Assembly (NCBI GenBank): GCA_037130925.1
Contig: JBAXSC010000003.1
Coordinates: forward strand, 18,712-82,711
Reading direction: 5' to 3'
From: Candidatus Nomurabacteria bacterium
GTDB taxonomy: Bacteria; Patescibacteriota; Minisyncoccia; Phycocordibacterales; UBA5272
Length of the DNA: 64,000 nt
Position numbers and translations under genes: made by a program. This document shows, piece after piece, positions 1 to 9,501 of the stretch (its first letter is position 1; the number at the start of each line of letters is the position of its first letter). The notes beneath the pieces were generated by a model. It saw nothing but the letters and a program-made list of their open reading frames with translations, did no database searches and had not been told where the DNA came from.

Positions 1-2
1 CT

Positions 3-1466
3 ATGAAAACATTATCTCAAATTCACGAAGAATTAATTTCTAAAACTAAGACAGTTCGTCAGATAGTTGATGAATCTATTTTTATAATAAAGCAAAACGA
101 AAAAAGAATTAATCCTGATTTAGAAAATTCAAAAGACATAAATGCAATACTTGGTCTATATTCTGAAAAATTTTTAGAAGAACAAATTCAGAATGCTCAA
201 AAAATAATAGATAGCAGAAATGCAAATATTTTCACTGGTGTACCAATAATTTTAAAAGATAATATTTTAGTAGAAGGTGAGATAAATTCTGCTGGATCAA
301 AAATGCTTGAAAATTATGTTGCAACATATGATGCGAGTGTTGTTAAAAAATTAAAAGAGTCGGGAGCTATTCTTTTAGGTAGAGCGAATATGGATGAATT
401 TGCTATGGGTTCTTCTACAGAGAATTCTGCTTTTAATGAAGTAAAGAATCCTTTAGACATTAGTAGGGTTCCTGGCGGGTCTTCTGGTGGCTCTGCTGCT
501 GTACTTGCATATGGTGCTGTGCCTATTTCTCTCGGATCAGATACTGGAGGATCAATTAGATTACCAGCTGCATTTTGTAATCTTGTAGGATATAAACCGT
601 CTTACGGATCTATTTCAAGATATGGTCTCATGGCCATGGGGTCTTCTTTGGATCAGATTGGTTCTTTTGCATATAATGTTTCTGATGCTGAAGCAGTCTA
701 TGACTTACTTTCATTTTATGATAAATCTGATGCGACAAGTATTAATACAGAAATTAGAAAAGAAAATTTAGAAAATTTTAATTTAAGAAAAAAAATTGGT
801 GTACCAAATTTTCTAAAAGACGAAAAATTCCGTTCTGCTATAGATAAAGAAATTTTAGAAGACTTTGAAAAACAAATTCAAAAAATAAAAGATTCTGGAT
901 ATGAAGTGGTAGATGTTGATATTCCAAATATTGATAAAGCTTTAGCTATTTATTATGTTATTTGTCCTGCAGAAGTAACTTCAAATATGGGACGTTATGA
1001 TGGAGTGAGATACGGACTTTCTGTTCCTGGAAGAAATACTGTAGAAAATTTTACTAATTCTCGTACAGCTGGATTTGGTGACGAAGTGAGAAGAAGAATA
1101 TTGTTAGGAACATATATTTTGAGTGCTGGATATTTTGATGCTTTTTATAATAAAGCTGTGATAGCGAGAGAAATTTTGAAAAAAGAATTTGAAAAAGTAT
1201 TTACTGAAGTTGATGCTATTTTAACTCCAGCTTCTCCTATTTTTCCTTGGAAGTTTGGTGAAAAAAATGATCCATTAGCAATGTATTTGGCTGATATATT
1301 TACTGTGCCTGCAAATATAGTTGCTTGTCCTGCTATTTCGATACCAACTAAAAAAAGAGAAGATATAAATGAAAATAATCTTCCAATAAGTATTCAGTTA
1401 ATCGGAGAAACTTATAAAGATAAAAAACTTTTCCAAATAGCAAAAGATATTGAAAAGATTATTTAA
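3..1466 (+). CDS. gatA: Glutamyl-tRNA(Gln) amidotransferase subunit A
   Basis: 487-aa ORF with amidase-signature blocks GGSSGGSAAVLA and GSDTGGSIRLPAAFC; full length, ATG at 3. Confidence 0.9.
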   Translation: MKTLSQIHEELISKTKTVRQIVDESIFIIKQNEKRINPDLENSKDINAILGLYSEKFLEEQIQNAQKIIDSRNANIFTGVPIILKDNILVEGEINSAGSKMLENYVATYDASVVKKLKESGAILLGRANMDEFAMGSSTENSAFNEVKNPLDISRVPGGSSGGSAAVLAYGAVPISLGSDTGGSIRLPAAFCNLVGYKPSYGSISRYGLMAMGSSLDQIGSFAYNVSDAEAVYDLLSFYDKSDATSINTEIRKENLENFNLRKKIGVPNFLKDEKFRSAIDKEILEDFEKQIQKIKDSGYEVVDVDIPNIDKALAIYYVICPAEVTSNMGRYDGVRYGLSVPGRNTVENFTNSRTAGFGDEVRRRILLGTYILSAGYFDAFYNKAVIAREILKKEFEKVFTEVDAILTPASPIFPWKFGEKNDPLAMYLADIFTVPANIVACPAISIPTKKREDINENNLPISIQLIGETYKDKKLFQIAKDIEKII

Positions 1467-1490
1467 AAAGAAGCTTTTATAAATTCTTCT

Positions 1491-1501
1491 TATGATATAA
1501 T
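1491..1501 (+). promoter_or_regulatory. Extended -10 promoter, 11-mer TATGATATAAT
   Basis: TATGATATAAT 20 nt upstream of the ATG at 1521; the same 11-mer recurs upstream of seven other + strand genes. Confidence 0.6.
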
Positions 1502-1520
1502 TTAGTTAAATAGTAAACTC

Positions 1521-2858
1521 ATGTATTCTTTTAACTTCGATTATATATTTAATGTTGTCTATAATCTCCTTTTAGCTATCAGGTATGCTATTCTTTTTTG
1601 GATTTTGAGAATTAATCCTTCCGATTATGTAATGGATCATAAATATGATTCTTATGACGGATTGATAGCTAGAGGGTGGATTGGTACTGCAGCTCCTGTA
1701 CCAACTCAGACACAAGATGTTATTTATCTTGGTAATATTTCTACAGATACTGGATGGTGGGGGTGGCTACGAGATCATATTTTCGGAAAGGCTTTACCCA
1801 ATGCGAATTTTACAGCTAGTCAGACAGATAATAGTACTTGGTTTAGAGACTTAAAGTTTTCAATTCAAAATCCTGTTCTAGCTTTTTGTGCTGACATTGT
1901 CAGTGTGATAGCTTTTTTTGCGATGATGTTTTTGATTTATACTATGTTTGTTTGGTTCCTTAGGACTACAAAATCTATAAGAGAAAAAAATGCAAAAGTT
2001 AAATTAGAAAAAAGAGCTCTTAAAAAAGAAGAAAGACAAAAAGCTTGGTTTGAAGAAAATCAAAAAGAAATAAAAAATACAGAAAAAGAAGAATTTGTCT
2101 TAGAGTCATATTTAGAACCTGAGTCAAAATCTGATTATGAAGAAATATTTCAAAAATTTGAAGAAGAAAGAGTTTTGGAAATTCCTGAAGAAATTAAAAT
2201 ATTAGAAGAAGAACATGTTGATAGTTATCCTGCTGGAATATTAAATCTTCCAATTGATGAGTCAGACTTAGATGTATCAGAGAGAAAAATAATTGCAGAA
2301 GTGAAAGAAAAAGAAAATAATCTTTTATTAAATTATGTTGCTAAAAATGATCTTAGTAAGAGTAAAGATAGATTTATAAAAATCAAAACAAAAGATACAA
2401 TACAAGAGAAAAAAGAAATTAAAAAAGTAGAGATTAAAGAAGAAACAAAAAAGTCAGAGAATAAAATAAATAATCCTCCAATTTCTAATTTGAGACAAGA
2501 AAGACTTTCTGAAAAAGAAATTCTAGAAAAAGAATATAGATCAAGAGAATATAAAGAAAAATGGAATTTAATTATAAATTACATGGAAGCAAAAGAAGAA
2601 GGTCTCTGGAGAATTGGTATCATCGAGGCGGATAATCTTCTTGCTGATTTACTTCAAGATAGGGGATATGAAGGAAACACTCTCGCTGATAAATTAAAAA
2701 ATGCATCTTTTGGTACTATTGATCTCGCTTGGTCTGCGCACAAAATGAGAAACAGAATAGCTCATGATGGGTCTAAGTTTGTTTTAACTGATAGAATGGC
2801 TCGTAATACTTTAGAATTATTCAGATCAGTCTTTACTGAATTCAAGATTTTTGAATAA
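1521..2858 (+). CDS. Membrane-anchored Lys/Glu-rich coiled-coil protein with C-terminal HEPN-like (Rx4H) domain
   Basis: Hydrophobic N-terminal segments, long KE-rich middle, all-alpha C-terminus with AHKMRNRIAHDG (R-x4-H). Confidence 0.4.
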   Translation: MYSFNFDYIFNVVYNLLLAIRYAILFWILRINPSDYVMDHKYDSYDGLIARGWIGTAAPVPTQTQDVIYLGNISTDTGWWGWLRDHIFGKALPNANFTASQTDNSTWFRDLKFSIQNPVLAFCADIVSVIAFFAMMFLIYTMFVWFLRTTKSIREKNAKVKLEKRALKKEERQKAWFEENQKEIKNTEKEEFVLESYLEPESKSDYEEIFQKFEEERVLEIPEEIKILEEEHVDSYPAGILNLPIDESDLDVSERKIIAEVKEKENNLLLNYVAKNDLSKSKDRFIKIKTKDTIQEKKEIKKVEIKEETKKSENKINNPPISNLRQERLSEKEILEKEYRSREYKEKWNLIINYMEAKEEGLWRIGIIEADNLLADLLQDRGYEGNTLADKLKNASFGTIDLAWSAHKMRNRIAHDGSKFVLTDRMARNTLELFRSVFTEFKIFE

Positions 2859-2936
2859 AACTCAGTTTGACATTTTAAACTACTTTTAGTAGATTATTAG
2901 AGGCTTTTTATTTTTTAATTATAAAATTTAATTTTT

Positions 2937-3182
2937 ATGGATCAAATTTTAGATTCTTTATTTAAAGAGATTAACAGTGATGTTCAATCAGGTAAAACTG
3001 TAGAGATTTCTAAAAATGGAAATATTTCAGTTTTGAAAGAAGTAAGTAATGTTAATAATAATATCTATAGCGAATCTCACGTTTCAAGTGATATGGCTCC
3101 TTTTGGATATTTGTTAATATTTTTATTTTTAGTAACTGTGTTATTTATTTTATTTGCTTTAATAAAGTATCCTTTTTGGTAA
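2937..3182 (+). CDS. Small C-terminally membrane-anchored protein
   Basis: 81-aa ORF ending in the hydrophobic helix FGYLLIFLFLVTVLFILFALI; followed by a terminator. Confidence 0.4.
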   Translation: MDQILDSLFKEINSDVQSGKTVEISKNGNISVLKEVSNVNNNIYSESHVSSDMAPFGYLLIFLFLVTVLFILFALIKYPFW

Positions 3183-3200
3183 TCATTTAAAAATGGTTTA

Positions 3201-3236
3201 AATTCTCTCGGTATATTTTACTGCGAGAATTTTTTA
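3201..3236 (+). terminator. Intrinsic terminator
   Basis: AATTCTC (3201-3207) pairs with GAGAATT (3225-3231), followed by a T-run. Confidence 0.5.
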
Positions 3237-3279
3237 TTTCAAACTCGAAAAATATCTTTATTTTTGCTATATTAAGTTC

Positions 3280-4545
3280 ATGAAAAAGACAGAGTTAAAA
3301 GAATATAAATTACCAGAAAAGCCGGGTGTATATTTTTTCCTTGATAAAAAAGGAGTTTCTTTGTCTTTTCCTAAAAAAGAGAATATTTTATATATTGGAA
3401 AAGCTACAAGTTTAAAAGATAGAGTCGGAAGTTATTTTTCAAGTGATCTCATAAATACGAGAGGAGCAAAAATTCGAAGTATGGTAGAAAATGCAAAAGG
3501 TCTATTTTTTGTAGAGACAGGCTCAGTACTTGAAGCGATAATTTTAGAATCAAAATATATTAAAAAATATTCACCATTTTTTAATACTAAAGAAAAAGAT
3601 GACAAGAGTTATTCTTTTGTCGTAATAACTAAAGAAAAATTCCCAAGGGTTTTAATAATGAGAGAAAGAGAAATAGATGATTTTCATGAAGCAGAAATAC
3701 AAAATAGATTTGGTCCTTTTATTTCAAAAATGGAATTAATTTCTATTATGAAAATTTTAAGAAAAATTTTTCCATATAGAGATAAGTGTAAATTAGGAGA
3801 GAAAAGGGGATGTTTTAATTATCAGATAGGATTGTGTTCTGGTGCTTGTATAGGAAAAATATTAGAAGAAGATTATTTTAAAAATATAAGATCTATAGAG
3901 AAAATTTTAGATGGAAATACAAAAAGTATATTAAAATCTTTAGAATCTGAAATCAAAAAAAGCATAAAAGAAAAAAACTTTGAAAAGTCAGCAGAATTGA
4001 GAGATAAAATATTTTCTCTTGGTCATTTAAATGATTTATCTTTAATCAAAACAAATAATTTAATAAATAAAGAGAATTCTGAGTCTGTATTTTTAGAATC
4101 TTATGATGTGGCACATATATCAGGCTCTCATAGAGTAGGAGTCATGTGTAGATTTGAAATTATAAATGGAGAATTGGAATACAGAAAAAGTGAATACAAA
4201 AAATTTAAATTAGTTGAAAATAAAAATGACGATCTAGCAGGATTAAAAGAATTATTAGAGAGAAGATTTAAGCATACGGAATGGAATTTTCCAGATATTG
4301 TCGTGATAGATGGAGGTAAAACACATTTAGATTTTGCTAGAAAAATATTAGAAGGAAAAAATATTAATTTAGTTTCTGTTGTAAAAGACGATAAACATAA
4401 AGCCAGAGAAGTTTTATATATCGATACTGGGGAAAAACTAAAAAAAGAAAATTACAACAAATTTATCATTTTAGCAAATGAAGAAGCTCACAGATTTGTA
4501 CTTTCTTATCATAAATTCCTAAGAAATAAAATCAAAAAATCTTAA
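3280..4545 (+). CDS. uvrC: Excinuclease ABC subunit C, short form lacking the C-terminal (HhH)2
   Basis: GIY-YIG N-terminus (PGVYFF...ILYIGKATSLKDRVGSYF), UVR motif (FEKSAELRDKIFSL), endonuclease-domain start ESYDVAHISGSH; 421 aa versus about 600 typical. Confidence 0.8.
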   Translation: MKKTELKEYKLPEKPGVYFFLDKKGVSLSFPKKENILYIGKATSLKDRVGSYFSSDLINTRGAKIRSMVENAKGLFFVETGSVLEAIILESKYIKKYSPFFNTKEKDDKSYSFVVITKEKFPRVLIMREREIDDFHEAEIQNRFGPFISKMELISIMKILRKIFPYRDKCKLGEKRGCFNYQIGLCSGACIGKILEEDYFKNIRSIEKILDGNTKSILKSLESEIKKSIKEKNFEKSAELRDKIFSLGHLNDLSLIKTNNLINKENSESVFLESYDVAHISGSHRVGVMCRFEIINGELEYRKSEYKKFKLVENKNDDLAGLKELLERRFKHTEWNFPDIVVIDGGKTHLDFARKILEGKNINLVSVVKDDKHKAREVLYIDTGEKLKKENYNKFIILANEEAHRFVLSYHKFLRNKIKKS

Positions 4546-4602
4546 GACTAAGTATTTTTTTGACAAGTGTAAAGTAAAATTGTAAGGCTTTAATAATAAA
4601 TT

Positions 4603-4631
4603 ATCAGTTTGTCAAATAACTGATTTTTTTA
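4603..4631 (+). terminator. Intrinsic terminator of uvrC
   Basis: ATCAGTT / AACTGAT stem with an 8-nt loop, followed by T7. Confidence 0.7.
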
Positions 4632-4744
4632 TTTTAGATTTTAAAAATAATGGCAAAAAGTGTTGTAAGATAGAATAATGGAAAGTCTGTTTGTTTTTGC
4701 TCACCCAAGCTTTTTAATTTATTAGCTTTAATTAAAATAAATTT

Positions 4745-6094
4745 ATGAGTCCTTTTTTAAATACAAATTTAAAATACGTCAAAAAAAGAGATGAAAATCT
4801 TCAAAAATTTGATATTGAAAAAATAGCCAATGCGATATATAAAGCAATGACTTCTATTGATGCGGGCAGTGTAGAGGAGGCGAATAAAGTTGCAGAAAAA
4901 GTTGCTACATCTTTAGAGAATAAAATTCTAAAAGCAAAGCAAGATGAATCAGAAAATAAATCTGGTGAAATAGATAAAAAAATAATTGATTTAGTAAATG
5001 GTACTGTATGTATCGAGGATCTTCAAGATATAGTTGAGGAGTCTTTGATGTCATCAGAATATCACAATGTTGCAAAAGCATATATTCTTTATAGAGAGAA
5101 AAGGGCAGAATTAAGAAAGAGGGATATTTTTCAGAAAAGAGTAAATTTAAAGCCATACGAATATCCAGAATTATATGAATATGTGAGTGCTATTAGGCAT
5201 TCGTATTGGGTACATACAGAATTTAATTTTGTAAAAGATGTACAAGATTTTAAAGTTAATGTGAGTGATATTGAAAGAAGTGCTATAAAAAATTCTATGC
5301 TTGCTATTGCGCAAATAGAAGTGGCGGTAAAAACTTTCTGGGGTGATATTTATAAAAAGATGCCTAAATCGGAAATTGGTGCAGTAGGCGCAACTTTTGC
5401 AGAAAGTGAAGTTAGACATACAGATGCATATTCTCATCTTTTAGAGATTCTCGGACTCAATGAAGAATTTTTAAAAATTAAAGAGATACCAGCCCTTATA
5501 GATAGAGTAAAATATTTAGATAAAAGTATTGCAAATGCGAGAAGTGAAGATAATAAAGATTATGCACAATCTATCTTACTGTTCTCATTATTTATCGAGC
5601 ATGTATCATTATTTTCTCAATTTTTAATTATGATGTCTTTCAATAAGAGAAAATCTCTTTTTGCGGGAATATCAAATGCTGTAGAGGCGACATCTAAAGA
5701 AGAACAAATACATGGACTTTTTGGAATAGATTTGATTAATATAATAAGATCAGAGCATCCAGAATGGTTTGATGAAGAATATAATAATACTATTATTAAT
5801 GCTTGTCGTGAAGCGTACGAATCAGAAAAAGGAGTGGTTGATTGGATATTGGAGGCAGGGGAATTAGATTTTCTTTCAAAGAGTACAATACTAGAATTCA
5901 TAAAAAATAGATTTAATAATTCTTTAGAGAGTATTGGCTTACCAAGAATATTTGAAGTTGATAAAGTTATTTTAGAAGAAACAAATTGGTTTAATGATGA
6001 AGTGATCGTAACAAAACATGTAGACTTTTTCCAAAAGAAATCTATAAACTATAACAAGCGCAGTCAAAGTTTTAGTGGAGAGGATTTGTTTTAA
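4745..6094 (+). CDS. nrdB: Ribonucleotide reductase small subunit with N-terminal ATP-cone
   Basis: ATP-cone (VKKRDENLQKFDIEKIANAIYKA ... VAKAYILYREKRAELRK) fused to an R2 ferritin-like core (ESEVRHTDAYSHLLE, EEQIHGLFG). Confidence 0.85.
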   Translation: MSPFLNTNLKYVKKRDENLQKFDIEKIANAIYKAMTSIDAGSVEEANKVAEKVATSLENKILKAKQDESENKSGEIDKKIIDLVNGTVCIEDLQDIVEESLMSSEYHNVAKAYILYREKRAELRKRDIFQKRVNLKPYEYPELYEYVSAIRHSYWVHTEFNFVKDVQDFKVNVSDIERSAIKNSMLAIAQIEVAVKTFWGDIYKKMPKSEIGAVGATFAESEVRHTDAYSHLLEILGLNEEFLKIKEIPALIDRVKYLDKSIANARSEDNKDYAQSILLFSLFIEHVSLFSQFLIMMSFNKRKSLFAGISNAVEATSKEEQIHGLFGIDLINIIRSEHPEWFDEEYNNTIINACREAYESEKGVVDWILEAGELDFLSKSTILEFIKNRFNNSLESIGLPRIFEVDKVILEETNWFNDEVIVTKHVDFFQKKSINYNKRSQSFSGEDLF

Positions 6095-6127
6095 AGATTA
6101 TTAAAAATATAAATTAAAAATAATATT

Positions 6128-7891
6128 ATGTATTGGTTAAATGATTATAGTAGAAAATTTTTAACAAAAGATTATCTATTACCAGGTGTCACAGCGGAAG
6201 AAAGAATTAAACAAATATCCGAATACGCAGAAACTCTTTTAAAGAAAGAAGGATTTGCTAAAAAATTCTATGACTATATGTCTAAAGGGTATTACTCTTT
6301 ATCTACGCCTGTATGGCTCAATTTTGGCTTAAATAGAGGCCTTCCTATTAGTTGTTTTGGTTCTTATGTTGGAGATGATATGGGACAAATTCTTTTTACT
6401 CTTTCTGAAATTGGAACAATGACAAAGCTTGGTGGAGGAACGTCTGCATATTTTGGTGAAGTAAGACCAAGAGGCGCAAAAATAAAAGATAATGGTCATT
6501 CTTCTGGGTCTGTTCACTTTATGCAAATGTTTGATACTGTTACAAATATTATTTCTCAAGGATCTGCAAGAAGGGGGCATGTTGCACTTTATTTACCAAT
6601 TGATCATTCTGATATAGAAGAATTTTTAAATATAGGTACAGAAGGAGATAAAATTCAAGAGTCTACATATGCTGTGACAGTACCTGATTATTGGTTCAAA
6701 GAAATGATAGCTGGAGACGTTGCCAAAAGAAATATTTGGGCGAAAGTATTACAAAGAAGAAGTCAAATAGGATATCCTTATATTCTTTTTTCTGATACTG
6801 TAAACAATAATACTGTTGACGTATATAAAGATAAAAATCTAAAAATCCACGCAAGTAATTTATGTAGTGAAATTTTATTACCAAGTAATGAGAGATGGTC
6901 TTTTGTTTGTTGTTTATCCTCTTTAAATCTTTTCCACTATGATGAAATTAAAAATACAGACGCTGTAGAGACAATGGTAGAATTTTTAGATGCAGTGATA
7001 GAAGATTTTATTGTTAAACTAGAAACAAAAAGAGATAATGGGGATGCTAGAGATATACAGTCATTCTTATTTATGGAGAGATCATATAATTTTGCTAAAG
7101 AAAATAGAGCTCTTGGTCTCGGTGTGCTAGGTTGGCATTCTCTTTTACAAAGTAAAATGATTCCATTTGAAAGTAAAGAGGCAAAAGATTTAAATATAGA
7201 AATCTTTAAATTTATAAATGAGAAAGCTCACTCTTCTTCAAAGAAATTAGCAGAAGTTTATGGCGAGCCTGAAATATTAAAAGGATATGGAAGAAGAAAT
7301 ACAACTTTGTTAGCTATTGCTCCAACTACTTCATCTTCATTTATTCTTGGGCAAGTATCACAAGGAATTGAGCCGTCTTTCTCAAATTGTTTTGTGAAAG
7401 ATTTAGAAAAAATAAAAATAACATTTAGAAATAAATTCTTAGAAAAAATATTAATAGAGAAAAATAAAAACACAGATGATGTTTGGAGAAATATTTTAGA
7501 AAATGACGGATCTGTCAGACATTTATATTTCTTATCTGATGAAGAAAAAGCAGTATTTAAAACATTTCCAGAAATAGATCAGAATGCGATAATTGAACAA
7601 GCTGCAGATAGACAAAAATATATCGATCAGGGACAATCTTTAAATCTAATGGTTGATCCGTCAATGCCAGCAAAAGAAATAAATGGTCTTTACATTAAAG
7701 CTTGGGAGAGTGGAGTGAAGACGCTTTACTATCAGCACAGTATGAATGCGGCTCAACAATTTGGTAGAAAAAAAGCTCAAGATCAAAGTGAGAAATTACA
7801 AACTGCAAATAATGAAAAAGAAGAAACTAAAGCTAAATTAAACATAATAAAAAACGATGAAGAAACAGCTTGTCTTTCTTGTGAAGCTTAA
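6128..7891 (+). CDS. nrdA: Ribonucleotide reductase large subunit (no ATP-cone)
   Basis: 587 aa; active-site ASNLCSEILLP, C-terminal redox pair CLSCEA; starts directly in the catalytic barrel region. Confidence 0.85.
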   Translation: MYWLNDYSRKFLTKDYLLPGVTAEERIKQISEYAETLLKKEGFAKKFYDYMSKGYYSLSTPVWLNFGLNRGLPISCFGSYVGDDMGQILFTLSEIGTMTKLGGGTSAYFGEVRPRGAKIKDNGHSSGSVHFMQMFDTVTNIISQGSARRGHVALYLPIDHSDIEEFLNIGTEGDKIQESTYAVTVPDYWFKEMIAGDVAKRNIWAKVLQRRSQIGYPYILFSDTVNNNTVDVYKDKNLKIHASNLCSEILLPSNERWSFVCCLSSLNLFHYDEIKNTDAVETMVEFLDAVIEDFIVKLETKRDNGDARDIQSFLFMERSYNFAKENRALGLGVLGWHSLLQSKMIPFESKEAKDLNIEIFKFINEKAHSSSKKLAEVYGEPEILKGYGRRNTTLLAIAPTTSSSFILGQVSQGIEPSFSNCFVKDLEKIKITFRNKFLEKILIEKNKNTDDVWRNILENDGSVRHLYFLSDEEKAVFKTFPEIDQNAIIEQAADRQKYIDQGQSLNLMVDPSMPAKEINGLYIKAWESGVKTLYYQHSMNAAQQFGRKKAQDQSEKLQTANNEKEETKAKLNIIKNDEETACLSCEA

Positions 7892-7902
7892 TAAATAAAA
7901 AT

Positions 7903-8289
7903 ATGGAAGAATATGTAAAAAAGTTTTTATTAAATGCTGAGTCAAAAGCTCTAGCGACTTTCGGTGATGAAATAAATGTCGTACCTGTGTCTTCTATAAA
8001 AATAGAAGGAGATGAGATTTGGCTGGTTGATTATTTTATGAAAAAAACTAAAGAAAATATTTTAAAAAATAAAAATGTATCTTTAGTTGCTTGGACTGGA
8101 TTATTTGGATATCAAATAAAAGGTGAAATGAATTATGAGACAGAAGGTGAGAAATTTGAAAAAGCAGTCTCATGGATAAGTGAAATTTTACCAGAAAGAA
8201 AAGTAAAAGGTATTTTAATCTTAAAACCAAAAGAAGTATTCGATATAGCGCCAACTAAAAATACTAAAGAAGAATTTAAATTAAAATAA
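7903..8289 (+). CDS. Pyridoxamine 5'-phosphate oxidase-like FMN-binding split-barrel protein
   Basis: 128 aa, LATFGDEINVVPVSS ... NILKNKNVSLVAW pattern typical of the PNPOx-like family; starts 12 nt after nrdA. Confidence 0.5.
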   Translation: MEEYVKKFLLNAESKALATFGDEINVVPVSSIKIEGDEIWLVDYFMKKTKENILKNKNVSLVAWTGLFGYQIKGEMNYETEGEKFEKAVSWISEILPERKVKGILILKPKEVFDIAPTKNTKEEFKLK

Positions 8290-8311
8290 ATTTAAAATAG
8301 TCTACAAGTCT

Positions 8312-8322
8312 TATGATATAAT
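8312..8322 (+). promoter_or_regulatory. Extended -10 promoter, TATGATATAAT
   Basis: 11-mer located 17 nt upstream of the ATG at 8339. Confidence 0.6.
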
Positions 8323-8338
8323 TTAATTAATAATATTT

Positions 8339-9346
8339 ATGTCAAAAGACAAAAAGAAAAAAACTATCGCTATTTTACGTGGAGGAAAGCATGATTATCA
8401 TCGCTCAATGAAAAGTGGTGCAAATGTTATGCTTTCTTTGTCTAAATATCCAGAAGAGACGAATGTGATAGATGTGGTTATAGATGAAAAAGGGAATTGG
8501 TTTGAAAAGGGAATACCCTCAGATGTTCATAGGGTATTTTCTAAAGCTGATTATTATGTCGATTTTACCCATGACGTAAAAGGTGATCATCATAATCTTG
8601 GAAGCAAATTAGATGTTAAGCAGGTATTTAAAAATGATTTTGTAAATATTTTATCTAGAGTAAATATTAAAAGAATTTTAAATCAGATTGGCTTAAATAC
8701 TTCTAGATATGTCGTATTTAGAGACGATAAAAATTTAGAAAATAGTCTAAAAGAAATCTGGGGCAAATTTCAGACTCCTATAATAGTAAAAGATGGAAAA
8801 CATATTGCCAATAAAAAAAGTCTTTTAACTTATTCATTTTTAGATACTTATAAAAGAATAAAAGAAATACTAAAATCTGGAAGCGAGGCGATATTAGAAG
8901 AACATGTGGACGGAAAATACATTTCTCTTTCTGTAATACCAAATTACAGAGGTGAAGATCTTTATATACCGACTCCTATTGAGACTATAAATGCTGAAAA
9001 TAAAATTAGATCAGTACAAGGTAAAGAAATAAAAGATAAATATTTACCAGAGCATAGTCATAATAAGATTAGCCTTTTTCATCTTGATGATGATACTAAA
9101 AAAAGATTGAAATATTTAGCTAAAGAAATACATAAAGGTCTCGCTTTGGATTATCATGTTCTCATAGATATCTGTCTTGTAAAAAATAAAAAGGGAACAG
9201 AAATAAAGATTTTAGAATTACATACCAATCCTCATCTTTCTGAAGAATCCAGATTTAGTTTTATTTTAGAAAATTCCGGAGTCGATATGGGAAGATTCGT
9301 TTTAGATAATATAGAAAAATTAGAAGAAGAAAATCTGTCTTATTAA
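8339..9346 (+). CDS. ATP-grasp enzyme, D-alanine--D-alanine ligase-like
   Basis: N-terminus IAILRGGKHDYHRSMKSGANVMLSL resembles the Ddl GG-S-E-SL-SG block; ATP-grasp-like C-terminal half. Confidence 0.55.
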   Translation: MSKDKKKKTIAILRGGKHDYHRSMKSGANVMLSLSKYPEETNVIDVVIDEKGNWFEKGIPSDVHRVFSKADYYVDFTHDVKGDHHNLGSKLDVKQVFKNDFVNILSRVNIKRILNQIGLNTSRYVVFRDDKNLENSLKEIWGKFQTPIIVKDGKHIANKKSLLTYSFLDTYKRIKEILKSGSEAILEEHVDGKYISLSVIPNYRGEDLYIPTPIETINAENKIRSVQGKEIKDKYLPEHSHNKISLFHLDDDTKKRLKYLAKEIHKGLALDYHVLIDICLVKNKKGTEIKILELHTNPHLSEESRFSFILENSGVDMGRFVLDNIEKLEEENLSY

Positions 9347-9388
9347 AACAAAACCTCGTATTTTTACGAGGTTTTGTTTTTTTATTTT
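9345..9388 (+). terminator. Intrinsic terminator
   Basis: 15-bp stem AAAACAAAACCTCGT / ACGAGGTTTTGTTTT followed by a T-run. Confidence 0.8.
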
Positions 9389-9407
9389 GCCTCTATTTTT
9401 AATAGTA

Positions 9408-9436
9408 TTGACATTTATATATTAATATGCTAAGAT
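9408..9436 (+). promoter_or_regulatory. Sigma70-type promoter
   Basis: TTGACA (9408-9413), 17-nt spacer, TGcTAAGAT (-10 at 9431-9436). Confidence 0.65.
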
Positions 9437-9501
9437 ATATATAGGTTGGGATTAAGTTTATTCCGACAAAAAATTATTTTAAAACGTTAAATTTGTTAAA
9501 G

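Noticed and set aside
4905-5901. Three minus-strand ORFs (4905-5156, 5171-5437, 5617-5901) inside nrdB
   Set aside because: They are antisense to a well-conserved gene, low-complexity and without motifs. Such shadow ORFs are typical of AT-rich DNA. The same reasoning applies to 6329-6580, 6696-6884 and 7258-7473 in nrdA and to 8048-8254.
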